Origin: Eledone cirrhosa
Taxonomy: Eukaryota
Assembly: GCA_964016885.1 (NCBI GenBank)
Contig: OZ024753.1
Coordinates: 36,766,001 to 36,830,000 of the forward strand
Direction of reading: 5' to 3'
Length of the DNA: 64,000 nucleotides
Below are positions 48,718 to 61,940 of this stretch, in pieces (positions within the stretch are counted from its first letter, which is position 1; each line of letters starts with the position of its first letter). The notes under the pieces were generated by a model that had not been told where the DNA came from, did not search any database, and saw only the letters and a list, made by a program, of their open reading frames with translations. The translations under genes were made by a program, and so were the position numbers.

Positions 48718-49305
48718 ATTTGAATATATGCACAAATATATGTATATGTATCTAAATTTAAATGTAGATACACACATATACATATATATATGCATATATA
48801 TGTATATGCATACATATAGACACGTATCCTTACATACATATAAGTGTATATATTATTTTGTATGCTCTCCCATTTTAACAAAAATATCGCCCTTCCATTT
48901 TGTTATTTTCTGTACTGTTTTGGCTTTGTTTGTTATACATAGAATATTAATTGATTCATTAGACATAAAGGACATTAAAAGAATTTACTGAAGGGCAAGC
49001 TCTTCCCAAATTTAGAAATATGATAATCAACCAACTTGGCTTTCATTAGCTTCGATTTTAATAAGCTATTTAGCAGCAAACAAAATAAAGAACTGCCCAA
49101 CATAGACATGGTAAACAAAGTGTTTCTCTTTATATCGTAAAATTTATCTTTTTACCATCTTTACCATTATACTTCATTCTCTACACTTCATTCTCTACAT
49201 CACTCACACTCCCTCTCTTTCTCTCTCGCTCTATATATATATATCTATATATCTCTATCTCTCACTCTCTTGTCTCACTTCTCTCTCTTTGTCTCTCTTT
49301 GTCAC

Positions 49306-49344
<39 letters not shown>

Positions 49345-49457
49345 TTGACTTTCAATATTCTATAACACCCAAACACAAAGAAATACACATAATAACATAC
49401 TCATATTTACATATCTCTCTTCCTTTCCATCTCTCTCTCACTATATATATATATATA

Positions 49458-49498
<41 letters not shown>

Positions 49499-49641
49499 GT
49501 CAATATATTTCTATCTCTCTCTCTCTAACCATCTACCTGTCTATCTCTATTTCTCTCTTACCCTTTTATTTTCGCTTTTAATATTATTTAAATCTCTCAT
49601 ACCCTCTCTCGCCATTTCTCTCCCTTTCTCTCTCTCTCTCT

Positions 49642-49714
<73 letters not shown>

Positions 49715-49794
49715 CACTCGTTCAGCGCATCGGTAGGGGTTCTCCTACATGGATGTAAAGTAGTGGCCGTACTCGAAAAACGAGTTGGCAGCCA

Positions 49795-49835
<41 letters not shown>

Positions 49836-49891
49836 CATATATATATGTATATCTATATCTATCTCTCTCTCTCTCTCTCTCTCTATCTCTA

Positions 49892-49946
<55 letters not shown>

Positions 49947-49954
49947 TTATATAT

Positions 49955-50004
<50 letters not shown>

Positions 50005-50429
50005 TATATTCAATCTGTAAGTCTCTAACTACCTTCCTGCAGGGTGTATATAATATATTTATGTGTTAACTTCTCTATTAATTCAATCCCCTGCAACGAT
50101 TTCTCTTCACGGCTCATTTTTTTCTCTTTCATTACCTTTAAAACACACACACTCTCTCTCTCTCTCTCTCTCTCTCGCTCGCTCTCTCTCTCACTCACTC
50201 TCTCTCTCTCCCTCTCTCTTTCTCTCCTCTATCTCTCTCTCTCTCACTCTCTCTCTCTCTCTCTCACTCTCTCTCTCTCTCTCTCCTCTCTCTCCTTCTA
50301 CGTCTGTTTCATTCTATCTATTTCCTATCTCTCTCTGTCTCCCTCTATCTCATTCTCTGTAACCATTTCTTTTCACAAAATTTTCACATCTCCATCTTCT
50401 CTCCCCACTCTCTCTCTCTCTCCCCACTC

Positions 50430-50503
<74 letters not shown>

Positions 50504-50869
50504 TGTGTTTATCTATCTATCTATCTGTGTCTTCCTCTATTCTATAATTGCATATAACATCATGAAACACAAAACACATATGCCTATAGCAAAGAAGACA
50601 GGAAAAATAAATCAATATCACTATTGATGATGAGAAGGTGAAAGTCTGGAAACATTCACAAAAATATTATTGGGCCAAACGCATTCTAGAGGCCTTAATT
50701 AGAAGATCTGAGTAGAAATTGAAACTGGAAAGTAGTCTTGTCTCCAATAACACACAAATTTATATATATATATATATAAATGTGTGTGTGTTATTGGAGA
50801 CATATATATGTATATATATATGTATGTATGTATTATATATATATATATATAATATATTATATATATATA

Positions 50870-50936
<67 letters not shown>

Positions 50937-50992
50937 TTATATATATATATATTTATTTATATATATATGTATAAATATATATAAATATATAT

Positions 50993-51826
50993 ATACAGAG
51001 AATTAGTATATCTACCAACATATGCGTACAGATGTACACTAATGCTAGCAAATACATAAGTTGTGTCATAGTACCTAGGTGGTTCAATGCAGGAGGATGC
51101 AGAACAATAATATGAAAGACGTAAAATAAGAAAATTTTTTAAAATATTAAAAATTAACTTACTAAAATTTTCACTCCAACTAATTAGTTTCTGTAATGGG
51201 ATAAAGATAGTTACGTAATATAACCATCGAGAATTCATTACGTCATTAGGGAGTCTATTCTCAGCTAAGTCTCCAGGCAATGCGCGGACACTAGGGACTC
51301 ATATAAAAATAATAATAATAATTCGGTGGAAGGAACAGCTAGCGGGGACTGGATTCCATGCACTGAAAAAGTTCGCTGCCTCTGGTCAAATGGCAGATTC
51401 TAAAGAATCAATCACGTGACACTGAGGCTAGTCGGAAGGAGTGGGTTGGTAAGATGACAGAAGCCTACTACCACACCAATGAATTAGTAGCGGATTTGGC
51501 AGGTTTGCTCAACAAATAAATAATTTGGAGATAAATACAGAGAATTAGTATATCTACCAACATATGCGTACAGGTGTACACTAATGCTAGCAAATACATA
51601 AGTTATGTCATAGTAATTATTATTATTTTTATATGAGTCCCTAGTGTCCGCGCATTGCCTGGAGACTTAGCTGAGAATAGACTCCCTGATGACGTAATGA
51701 ATTCTCGATGGTTATATTTACGTAACTATCTTTATCCCATTACAGAAACTAATTAGTTGGAGTGAAAATTTTAGTAAGTTAATTTTTCATTTTTTTTTTT
51801 ATTTTCTTATTTTACGTCTTTCATAA
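50993..51826 (-). mobile_element. Non-coding PLE/retrozyme-like element (family G): 542-bp unit + partial tandem repeat + inverted arm
   Basis: Direct repeat 50993-51073 / 51535-51615; inverted arms about 51112-51322 / 51616-51826. A collapsed remnant lies at 61861-61930. Confidence 0.8.
51681..51763 (+). ncRNA. Type I HHR motif (mirror copy 51173-51254 has mutated core CTAATGA)
   Basis: ACTCC-CTGATGA-c GTAATG...CATTAC a-GAAA-CTAATTAG-TT-GGAGT; stem III ACTAATTAGT is palindromic. Confidence 0.8.
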
Positions 51827-51886
51827 ATATATATATATATATAAATATATTCCTTTCTAGGGAAACATATATTTACATATATGTAT

Positions 51887-51974
<88 letters not shown>

Positions 51975-51975
51975 C

Positions 51976-52008
<33 letters not shown>

Positions 52009-52555
52009 CATACATACATATATATATACATATATATATACATATATACATATATATATATATACATATATTATTATTAAACGTCGGAGAAATATAGGAA
52101 CAGGACACTCGGAAGACACAAACTGAAGGACAATTCCCGCTCATTATCTGTCTTCTGGAGATCATTATACCTTCATGTATATGTATATGTGTATATGTAT
52201 ATATATGTATATATATATGTGGGGGTGTGTTATGGTTGTGTGATAAACTCATTAAACAGACATTGAATTAAGGACTCAATATAATAACAGTTATTAATGG
52301 TGACTGTTTACCTTCAATGTTTCGACAATGTTATTAGATTACATATATATATATGTGTGTATATATATATATGTATATACATATAAATATATACATATAT
52401 ATATATACATACATGCATACATACACAGATATATATATATACTTATATGTGTGTGTATACATATGCAAATATATGTATGTATATATGTGTACATATATAC
52501 ATATATACATCGGTGTATGCGTTTATGTATGTGTACATGTATGCATGCATATATG

Positions 52556-52640
<85 letters not shown>

Positions 52641-53294
52641 ATGTATGCGTATCTGTTAGGGTGATAGCGATCGCGTTGTTTGTATTACATGTCGTGGCAG
52701 GTTTTAGTAGTTATAGTGTTGCTTTTGTTCTAGTTGTTGTTGTTCTTATTGGTGGTGGTGGTGGTGGTGGTGGTGGTCATGGCAGTAGTGGTGGTAATCT
52801 TGGTGGTGACGTCATAAGCGAATAAGACAGAGAAATGGGAGAAAAGGAAAAACAAGCAAAACTAAGAGGAACGATATGAAAGGTAAAAATAGAATTAGAA
52901 GGTTAGATAGGAAGATACGTGAGGAGCTGAGATGGAACTGGGCGTCACATGACAGATTAGAAGAGTGAAGAGGTGAAGAGTAAAGGGAGATAAACGAATG
53001 ATACAATTACTGAAGAGAAATATTTGGCCTTATATAAGAGAAGTGTTAAATGGAGACATGTCTGTAAAGTAATTAAACGTCTATTAATGCTTATTAGTTC
53101 TTTAATTATTAGACTGTTAACTCTAAATAGGTTCCCTTTTATTTGTAATCATTTCTCAAATGCAGCTGTAAACATATAAGCATGTAAACATGATCCTTAA
53201 TTAACTTAAAAACATACTTCTTCTCTTCCAATCTATTTAGGAAGCAGTGTATATATATACATATATATGTGTGTATATATATAATATATATATG

Positions 53295-53372
<78 letters not shown>

Positions 53373-53671
53373 GTATACATATATATATATATATATATGC
53401 ATGTATATATACGTATGTATATATATATATATATACGGCATATATACATATGTAAACATATACATATATATATATAAATCCATATATATATGTATGTGTG
53501 CATATATATATATGTATGTGTGTATATATATATACATACACATATACATATATATACAGGTGTGTGTGTGTGTGTGTGAGTGTGTGTGTGCGTGTGTATC
53601 TGTTACTGGGTGTGCATGTGTCTGTGTCTATATGAGTATGTGTGTGTGCATTGTTTTGCAAACAAAATTAC

Positions 53672-54005
53672 ATAGGTAATAGTTAGCTGTTTATTAGACT
53701 AACGTAACAGTTGAACCTCGATTTAACGAAGGTTAATATTAAAAAATGAATAAACTGATTTATGAAAGAAAACTGAGCTTGTGTGTTACAGAAAAATTCC
53801 TGATCCTTAATTAAATTAAAAAGAAACCCTTCGACTGTATTTAGCAAGCTATAGAAATAGACACAAATTTATTAGAATCCAAGTTTACAAAATGAATCAT
53901 ATAGGTAACAAGTTTATTTTGCTGTTTATCAGACTAACATAATAGTTGAACTTCGGTTTAATAGAGGTTAATAAGAAAATATATATAAGCTGATGAATGA
54001 AAACA
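53672..54005. repeat. Old diverged tandem duplication (about 230-bp period)
   Basis: ataggtaa...gctgtttat(t/c)agactaac...agttgaac(c/t)tcg(a/g)tttaa...ggttaata occurs twice. Confidence 0.7.
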
Positions 54006-54195
54006 ATAATCTAAATATGGCCGTTTCATGGGTAAGTAAACATCGTTATTCTGTTTTTATATATACTTTAGTTTTCGATTACATCATATAGGCATTTATG
54101 AGCTATATATATGTGTGTGTGTGCGTCTGTCTGTGTATACATACATATATATATGTATATATATATAGAGAGAGAGAGATAGAGAGAGGGGGGGG

Positions 54196-54237
<42 letters not shown>

Positions 54238-54242
<5 letters not shown>

Positions 54243-54630
54243 GAAAACGAAAAATCAGTGATGCATCTGAACTCAATTTATTGTGTTACAATTGTTTCGC
54301 CGGCGGACTGCTCGAGACGCGATCATTGTGTGGATCTGTCTGATTCTGGACCCGCAGGTTCGACGGACACGTCTAATGATTTCTCTCGTGAGAGAATATG
54401 GTCCGAAATCATTAGACGTGTCCGTCGAACCTGCGGGTCCAGAATCAGACAGATCCACACAATGATCGCGTCTCGAGCAGTCCGCCGGCGAAACAATTGT
54501 AACACACAGTAAATTGAGTTCACATGCATCACTGATTTTTCGTTTTCTATTCTATCATACTATGCTCTGTAAGAGCATAGAGTGCTCAACCGGCATACCG
54601 CCTATGGAAGCATCTTAGCTACCATCAGAC
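54238..54630 (+). mobile_element. GC-rich fold-back PLE-like remnant (family H)
   Basis: Arms about 54238-54383 / 54405-54553. HHR 3' half GAAA-CAATTG-TA; 3' hairpin atgctct gta agagcat followed by agagtgctc. Confidence 0.7.
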
Positions 54631-54637
54631 ACACACC

Positions 54638-54704
<67 letters not shown>

Positions 54705-54707
<3 letters not shown>

Positions 54708-55030
54708 ATATAGAAAAGACTGGAACTGTTTCACTCGGGAGAAATCATAAGGAAGCTTCCTGATGATTTCTCCCGAATGAAATAGTCCTAGTCCTGTAGA
54801 AGCTTTTTCTATATTAAATATTTATGCTCTGCTTTGTATTGAGTTGCTTACTTACTGTGGTGACCCCCGATTGAACGCGGGATAAACTTATATATATATA
54901 TATATAAGTTATTCCGGGTTGAATTGGAGGTAACCACAGTAAGTAAAGTACTCAATACATAGCAGAGTATAAAGTTTTAATATAGAAGAGCTTCTACAGG
55001 ACTAGAACTGTTTCATTCATGAGAAATCAT
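54705..55030. mobile_element. Two tail-to-tail copies of PLE-like family C (54705-54890 and 54905-55030)
   Basis: Homologous to 61941-62135. HHR at 54753-54805 (+): AAGCTTC-CTGATGA-tttctcccgaat-GAAA-TAG tcctagtc CTG-TA-GAAGCTT. Confidence 0.8.
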
Positions 55031-55064
55031 CATATATGCATATATATATATATATATATATATA

Positions 55065-55315
55065 TGGAGGAAGTTATAGTTCACTTGAAGCATTGTGTAA
55101 TGAGGTATAAACGTTTGTATATGTATAATAAAGCCAAAACAATGCACGTATGGACATAGAATAAAGAATGCAAATGCAAAAGATATTTACCTTAGATTTA
55201 TTTAAATAAATCTAAGGTAAAAGACTAATTGTCAACAATATCTTTTGCATTTGCATTCTTTATTCTATGTCCATACCTGCATTGTTTTGGCTTTATTATA
55301 CATATACAAACGTAT
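55065..55315. mobile_element. Fold-back element in (TA)n
   Basis: Arms about 55111-55186 / 55237-55312, plus an inner perfect palindrome tttaccttagatttatttaaataaatctaaggtaaa. Confidence 0.65.
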
Positions 55316-55373
55316 ATATATATACGCTAAATGCTGATATTGGTTAGATTATCTATATTAGTAATTTTGGGCA

Positions 55374-55500
55374 CCCACTGATGAATTATAAGAGCCCACT
55401 TGAATATATATCTGTTGATCGTATACAAGCTCCTACATAAATTGGTATAATTTCACCCAAATTGTAGGAATCCTATAATGAAACGAGACGTCCGTCTGGG
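55374..55500 (+). ncRNA. Type I HHR motif with long stem II insertion
   Basis: CCCA-CTGATGA-ATTATA...TATAAT-GAAA-CG aga CG-TC-(cgtc duplication)-TGGG; a downstream actcac...gagtgagt hairpin follows. Confidence 0.6.
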
Positions 55501-55727
55501 AAGAGATATGTTCGATATGTCTCATATGAAATAATACAGCCAAATTTCCACACAATACTTTTAGTTAGCACCCCGAACGTTTAATTAGGAATATACTCAC
55601 TTATTTCCTAATGTTTGTTGAGTGAGTTGGAATTTGGCCGGAGTATCGCTAAAAGCTTTCTCCGATAATGTATTTATTTATATATATACATATATATATA
55701 TACATATATATATATATGTATGTATAT

Positions 55728-55787
<60 letters not shown>

Positions 55788-56237
55788 ATGTGTGTGTGTA
55801 AGTTTCTGTGAGTGCATGTGTGTCTGTGCTTTGAAGCATGGATAGGCATGTCTATGTTCATATGTGGTTGGATATATATATACATTTATATATATATATA
55901 TATGTGTGTATGTGTGAGTGATTATGTGTGTATTGTGCGTACATGTGTGTGTGTGTGTGTGTGCGCGCGCGAGTGCATGTGTGTGTGTTTGTGTGTTTGT
56001 GCAAACTAATGGCAACAAAGATAATAGAGAAAGTTTGGAACACGTCTACTTTTCATTTCCTGCCAATCTCAAAGAAATACTTAACTGCTTTTTTTATATA
56101 CACCATATTTACGCGTACACGTATGCATACATACATATATACATATATATACATACATACATATATATATATATATGCATATATGCATATATAGACATAT
56201 ATATGTGTATGTAAGTATATATATTTGTATATATATC

Positions 56238-56330
<93 letters not shown>

Positions 56331-57319
56331 GTAAGTTTGAGAGAGGTGTTTGTGCAGGTGTGATGGTTGTTGTTTGGTCGTTCTTTTTCGGATAGCTTGT
56401 CTTTACAGTTTGGTAAAGTATCCAGAAGTGTGCTCGCCATCCAGACACACATCCTCCTTTCTACCATGGCACACACCTCTACCACTACAACCACCACAAC
56501 CTCCACAACCACCATCACCACAACCTCCAATACCACGACAATCACATCACCACCACAACAACAACCATCACCAGTACTACAATCACAACCTCCAATACCA
56601 ACACAACCACCACCACAACCACCACCAACACAACCACCACCACTACCATAATCACAACCACCAATACCAACACAGTCAGCACCACAACCACCACCAACAC
56701 AACCACCACCACTACCACAATCACAACCTCCAATACCAACACAACCAGCACCACACCACCAACACAACCACCACCACTACCACCATCACAACCTCCACCA
56801 TTACCACCATCACAACCACCACCACTACCACAATCACAACCTCCAATACCACTACAGTAGCCATCACACATCACCCATCCCTATATATATCCGTTTTACA
56901 AGACAAACCTAATATTTTTCTGTGGATTGCTCAATCAAATTCAATAACGAAGCTGTGCTATTTCATCCCATTTCACGCCATTTCACGTCATTTCTCGCTA
57001 TTTCACGCTAGTTCTCATTGAATTTATATTTAATCTCATTCCTCGCAGACTTTATTCCCTCTCAGTCGTTCTTACATTACATTTCCTCTATGGCTGCCTT
57101 TTAATTCTTTGTTTTTCACTCTTTCTATCTTTTCTTTCTTCCTTTATTTCCTTTTTTCTATTCTCTTTTTGTTCCTTTCTTCTTTTACTTATTTATTTTT
57201 TCACTCTTTATCTTTATTTTTTCGATCTATCTATGCGCTATCTGTCTATCTATCTATCTGTCTTGTCTTTTTCTTTTTTCTCCTCTATCTCTCCTTCCCT
57301 TTTTCTCGCTTTCTCTCTA

Positions 57320-57357
<38 letters not shown>

Positions 57358-57854
57358 CTGTATATATATATAATGTATATGTATATATCCTATCTATATA
57401 TTTGATTTATCTTTCTATCAATCTATCTCTACCTTTGTATTTTTTTCCTCATTTCTCCTATTTCACACTGTCTCTTTCATTCTTCACTTCCTTATCTCTC
57501 CCTCCTCTCCTCCTCTCCCCCTCTCCCTCTCTCCCCTCTCCCCCTCTCCCCCTCTTTCTCACTCTCTTTCTTTCCCATTTATCTCAAGTTATTTCTTCAA
57601 GACTTGAAGTCATCAAGTCATCAAGTCTTCAAGTCTTTTCTTTCTGGTTAATTGTTTCATACTCCTAATACATTCTACGTATGTCTTATTTGTTTATATC
57701 CTTATATATCTATTTATCTATTTTTTTTTACTTTCATATATTTTTTATTTGTTGTATTTGTCTCCCTGTTCGACGTTCGGTTTTACTTTGCTTTTTATCA
57801 TATTTTTTCTTTTCTTTTACACCCATCTCTCTCTCTTTCCCCTCTCTCTCTCTT

Positions 57855-57915
<61 letters not shown>

Positions 57916-58081
57916 GAGTAAATACATATACGTATACATTCATACATGTATATATATAAGTATATACGTATATATATAAATATATATATATATATTTATA
58001 AATATATATATATAAATATATATATATAAATACGTATAATATATATATATATATATATAAATATATATATATATAAATACG

Positions 58082-58130
<49 letters not shown>

Positions 58131-58148
58131 TATATATATATAAATACG

Positions 58149-58188
<40 letters not shown>

Positions 58189-58398
58189 TATATATATATA
58201 CAGTATATATATACAGTATCTATATATATATATATATATTTATTATTTATTTATTTTTGTCTTACAATCAATCATTTTCTCATTATTTTTGCCTGTTTTA
58301 TCGTCTGTTTTGTTTGTTTTTTCTCTTGATTTCTCTTTTCACACGCACGTAATTGTTTTACTTCAATATTTTCGTTATTGCTTCTCTATTTCTTCTAG

Positions 58399-58746
58399 TC
58401 TATCATATATCCTGTAATCTTAAGAGATTTAACTCAGATCAAATCCCTACATCGTGAAACAAAGCTTAATATAACTATATGTCTTACAGAAGACAAAAAA
58501 GCTATTAGCCAGAAATACAAATTGTCGATTGTGTACACTCTCCATAGCCTGCAAAGTCCCGTAACTCCTGAGGGAGCCGTATGGGCGCCATATTGCAATA
58601 AGGTGTATGTAGAGCATTTTTTTAAGCTGGTGGATCCCATCTCTACTCCAGATATTGCAGATTTCTTCCAACGAAGGATAGTCAGAGTGAGAGAATGGAA
58701 GCGAGAAAGAAATATAGAGGAAGAGTCGCCCCCCAATACTAGACTG
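58399..58746 (+). CDS. Putative internal exon of an unidentified host gene (116 codons, phase 0/0)
   Basis: A polypyrimidine tract and ttctAG acceptor end at 58398. The frame is stop-free and high-complexity ([75 protein letters not shown]...PPNTRL), followed by GT at 58747 (weak donor gtactt). Confidence 0.55.
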
Positions 58747-58978
58747 GTACTTTTTTATGGACCACTCTCTCTATATATTTATATATATATTTATACATAC
58801 ACACACAGATATATATTTACATTTATATATATATTTATATATATATATATATATACACACACACATTTCTATATACATTTCTATATACATTTATATATAC
58901 TTATATATATATACATATATATACATTTATATATGTATATATATACATATATATATATAAATGCATATATAAATATAT

Positions 58979-59031
<53 letters not shown>

Positions 59032-59888
59032 AATATACAGTATTTTCCGTTGTGTTGTAATATAAATATTACACATAGTAGATTATCAGCTCACGTAGAG
59101 TTTGCTCGACGGTTCCAGTTGTAGTTCCAAAAGTAATCCGGAGAAAAATAGAAAGATTTGAATGGATACAGTTTAGTTGAAAGGAATTTATTGACACGTG
59201 TTTCTATAACAGTTACATAACCTAAAACAGCTATCTACAAACTTTTAGTTATGCAGACATTCAATATTTCAATGTTATTATTTACTGTCATTTCATCAGA
59301 ATAATATTACTGAGGACCTATTTAGTTTTTATAGAGAATATTAGGAGGAAGGGGTGAAGTTGTTAGAAGAATAGTTGAAGGAGTGGTTTTTCGATAGCAG
59401 TGAGAATTCTTGGTGGCAGTGAGTAATTAGATTCCCATCTGTTGTTTTGACATTTTTTATAGAATATATTATTGGTTATTTTTCTAAATCTATAGAAGGA
59501 TTAGAGATAGTAAAGATATGCGTGGTTGGTTTTGTGTTTGCACTTAACATTCAGACTTAAATTTTTCTTTCAAGTGTACGTATTCTTTCACCCACGCATT
59601 CACACACAAATATATTTGCACACCTCTACAAAATACATATACTCACAATTCACATATTCATACTTACATATATATACACATGCATACACATATATATACA
59701 CACATGTATTCATGTACATACATACGCGCTCATGTGTATACATTTTCATACTCAACTTATCTTTATATATACACACGTATAGACACACACATATATACAT
59801 ACATACTCTAGTCCATGTGTACACACATACACATACATACACATCCATATACACATACATACATACACATATATATATACATACATAC

Positions 59889-59935
<47 letters not shown>

Positions 59936-59936
59936 C

Positions 59937-59989
<53 letters not shown>

Positions 59990-60260
59990 AGCACTTTAAT
60001 ACATGAATACACTTACATCTAACTATACACATCAAACATATATATATATATTTACTTATTTATATACATTTTCACATATATATACATACTTATGGACGTT
60101 TTTAGACACATTCATTATCGCATATTTGTACCTATTCTCATCAGCATATCTTTTCATTATTAGTATGGTAATTTAAGGTTATTAATATATGTTGAGAAGA
60201 AATTGTTTTTATATTTTTCTAACTAGATTAAGGTTTATATAGTTGGGGGATGTCCCTCTT

Positions 60261-60480
60261 TTATGTAATATTCGGCTTGTAGTGGGAAAAAAGGGTTTTA
60301 GTTCTGTGACGGCAGAATAATGTTCGTTCAATTCTGTTATTCAGCAGTTTCTTCTTGTGTGTGATTATGTAATAAATCTCAAGATTACACAATTTGCAGA
60401 AATTTTGGCTCCTGGAAAAGCTTTGGGTTTTAGCTAATTTTTCCCATTTTAGGGTAAACTTTTGATTGCTATCTCTGAGC
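60261..60480 (-). pseudogene. C-terminal fragment of a PLE GIY-YIG endonuclease
   Basis: LRDSNQKFTLKWEKLAKTQSFSRSQNFCKLCNLEIYYIITHKKKLLNNRIERTLFCRHRTKTLF matches the PLE pattern kW.il.ka......C.LC..Ek..I.....LLN.R.E....CRH (recalled, not searched). Confidence 0.8.
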
Positions 60481-60600
60481 GTGTCTAAAAACGTCCATAA
60501 GTATGTATATATATGTGAAAATGTATATAAATAAGTAAATATATATATATATGTTTGATGTGTATAGTTAGATGTAAGTGTATTCATGTATTAAAGTGCT

Positions 60601-60653
<53 letters not shown>

Positions 60654-60654
60654 G

Positions 60655-60701
<47 letters not shown>

Positions 60702-61285
60702 GTATGTATGTATATATATATGTGTATGTATGTATGTGTATATGGATGTGTATGTATGTGTATGTGTGTACACATGGACTAGAGTATGTATGTATATATG
60801 TGTGTGTCTATACGTGTGTATATATAAAGATAAGTTGAGTATGAAAATGTATACACATGAGCGCGTATGTATGTACATGAATACATGTGTGTATATATAT
60901 GTGTATGCATGTGTATATATATGTAAGTATGAATATGTGAATTGTGAGTATATGTATTTTGTAGAGGTGTGCAAATATATTTGTGTGTGAATGCGTGGGT
61001 GAAAGAATACGTACACTTGAAAGAAAAATTTAAGTCTGAATGTTAAGTGCAAACACAAAACCAACCACGCATATCTTTACTATCTCTAATCCTTCTATAG
61101 ATTTAGAAAAATAACCAATAATATATTCTATAAAAAATGTCAAAACAACAGATGGGAATCTAATTACTCACTGCCACCAAGAATTCTCACTGCTATCGAA
61201 AAACCACTCCTTCAACTATTCTTCTAACAACTTCACCCCTTCCTCCTAATATTCTCTATAAAAACTAAATAGGTCCTCAGTAATA

Positions 61286-61402
61286 TTATTCTGATGAAAT
61301 GACAGTAAATAATAACATTGAAATATTGAATGTCTGCATAACTAAAAGTTTGTAGATAGCTGTTTTAGGTTATGTAACTGTTATAGAAACACGTGTCAAT
61401 AA
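61286..61402 (+). ncRNA. Type I HHR motif with long stem II (mirror/sense copy 59188-59304, -)
   Basis: TTATT-CTGATGA-a ATGACAGT...ACTGTTAT a-GAAA-CACGTG-TC-AATAA; stem III ACACGTGT is palindromic and the cleavage triplet is GUC. Confidence 0.8.
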
Positions 61403-61439
61403 ATTCCTTTCAACTAAACTGTATCCATTCAAATCTTTC

Positions 61440-61501
<62 letters not shown>

Positions 61502-61509
61502 TATATATA

Positions 61510-61600
<91 letters not shown>

Positions 61601-61713
61601 ATATATTTATATATGCATTTATATATATATATGTATATATATACATATATAAATGTATATATATGTATATATATATAAGTATATAGAAATGTATATAGAA
61701 ATGTATATAGAAA

Positions 61714-61862
<149 letters not shown>

Positions 61863-61940
61863 AATTAGTATATCTACCAACATATATATAAGTTAAATTT
61901 TATAATTTTTTTATTTTACGTCTTTCATATATATATATAT

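Larger units (their letters stand above)
59035..61442 (-). mobile_element. 5'-truncated Penelope-like retroelement (probably Naiad-type) with inverted pLTR
   Basis: Inverted arms of 962 bp (59148-60109 / 60481-61442) enclose a GIY-YIG C-terminal ORF fragment. The 3' UTR contains HHRs and both ends lie in (TA)n. Confidence 0.85.

Noticed and set aside
53707-53730. pogo/Tigger-like TIR cagttgaacctcgatttaacgaa
   Set aside because: No matching inverted partner was found; the second copy is in direct orientation.
54258-54532. Four overlapping complex-looking ORFs
   Set aside because: They are mirror products of a palindrome, with no recognisable protein motif.
60110-60260. SECIS element after the PLE ORF
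   Set aside because: ATGA...AA...GA words are present but I could not form the required helix; the region fits a degenerate HHR better.
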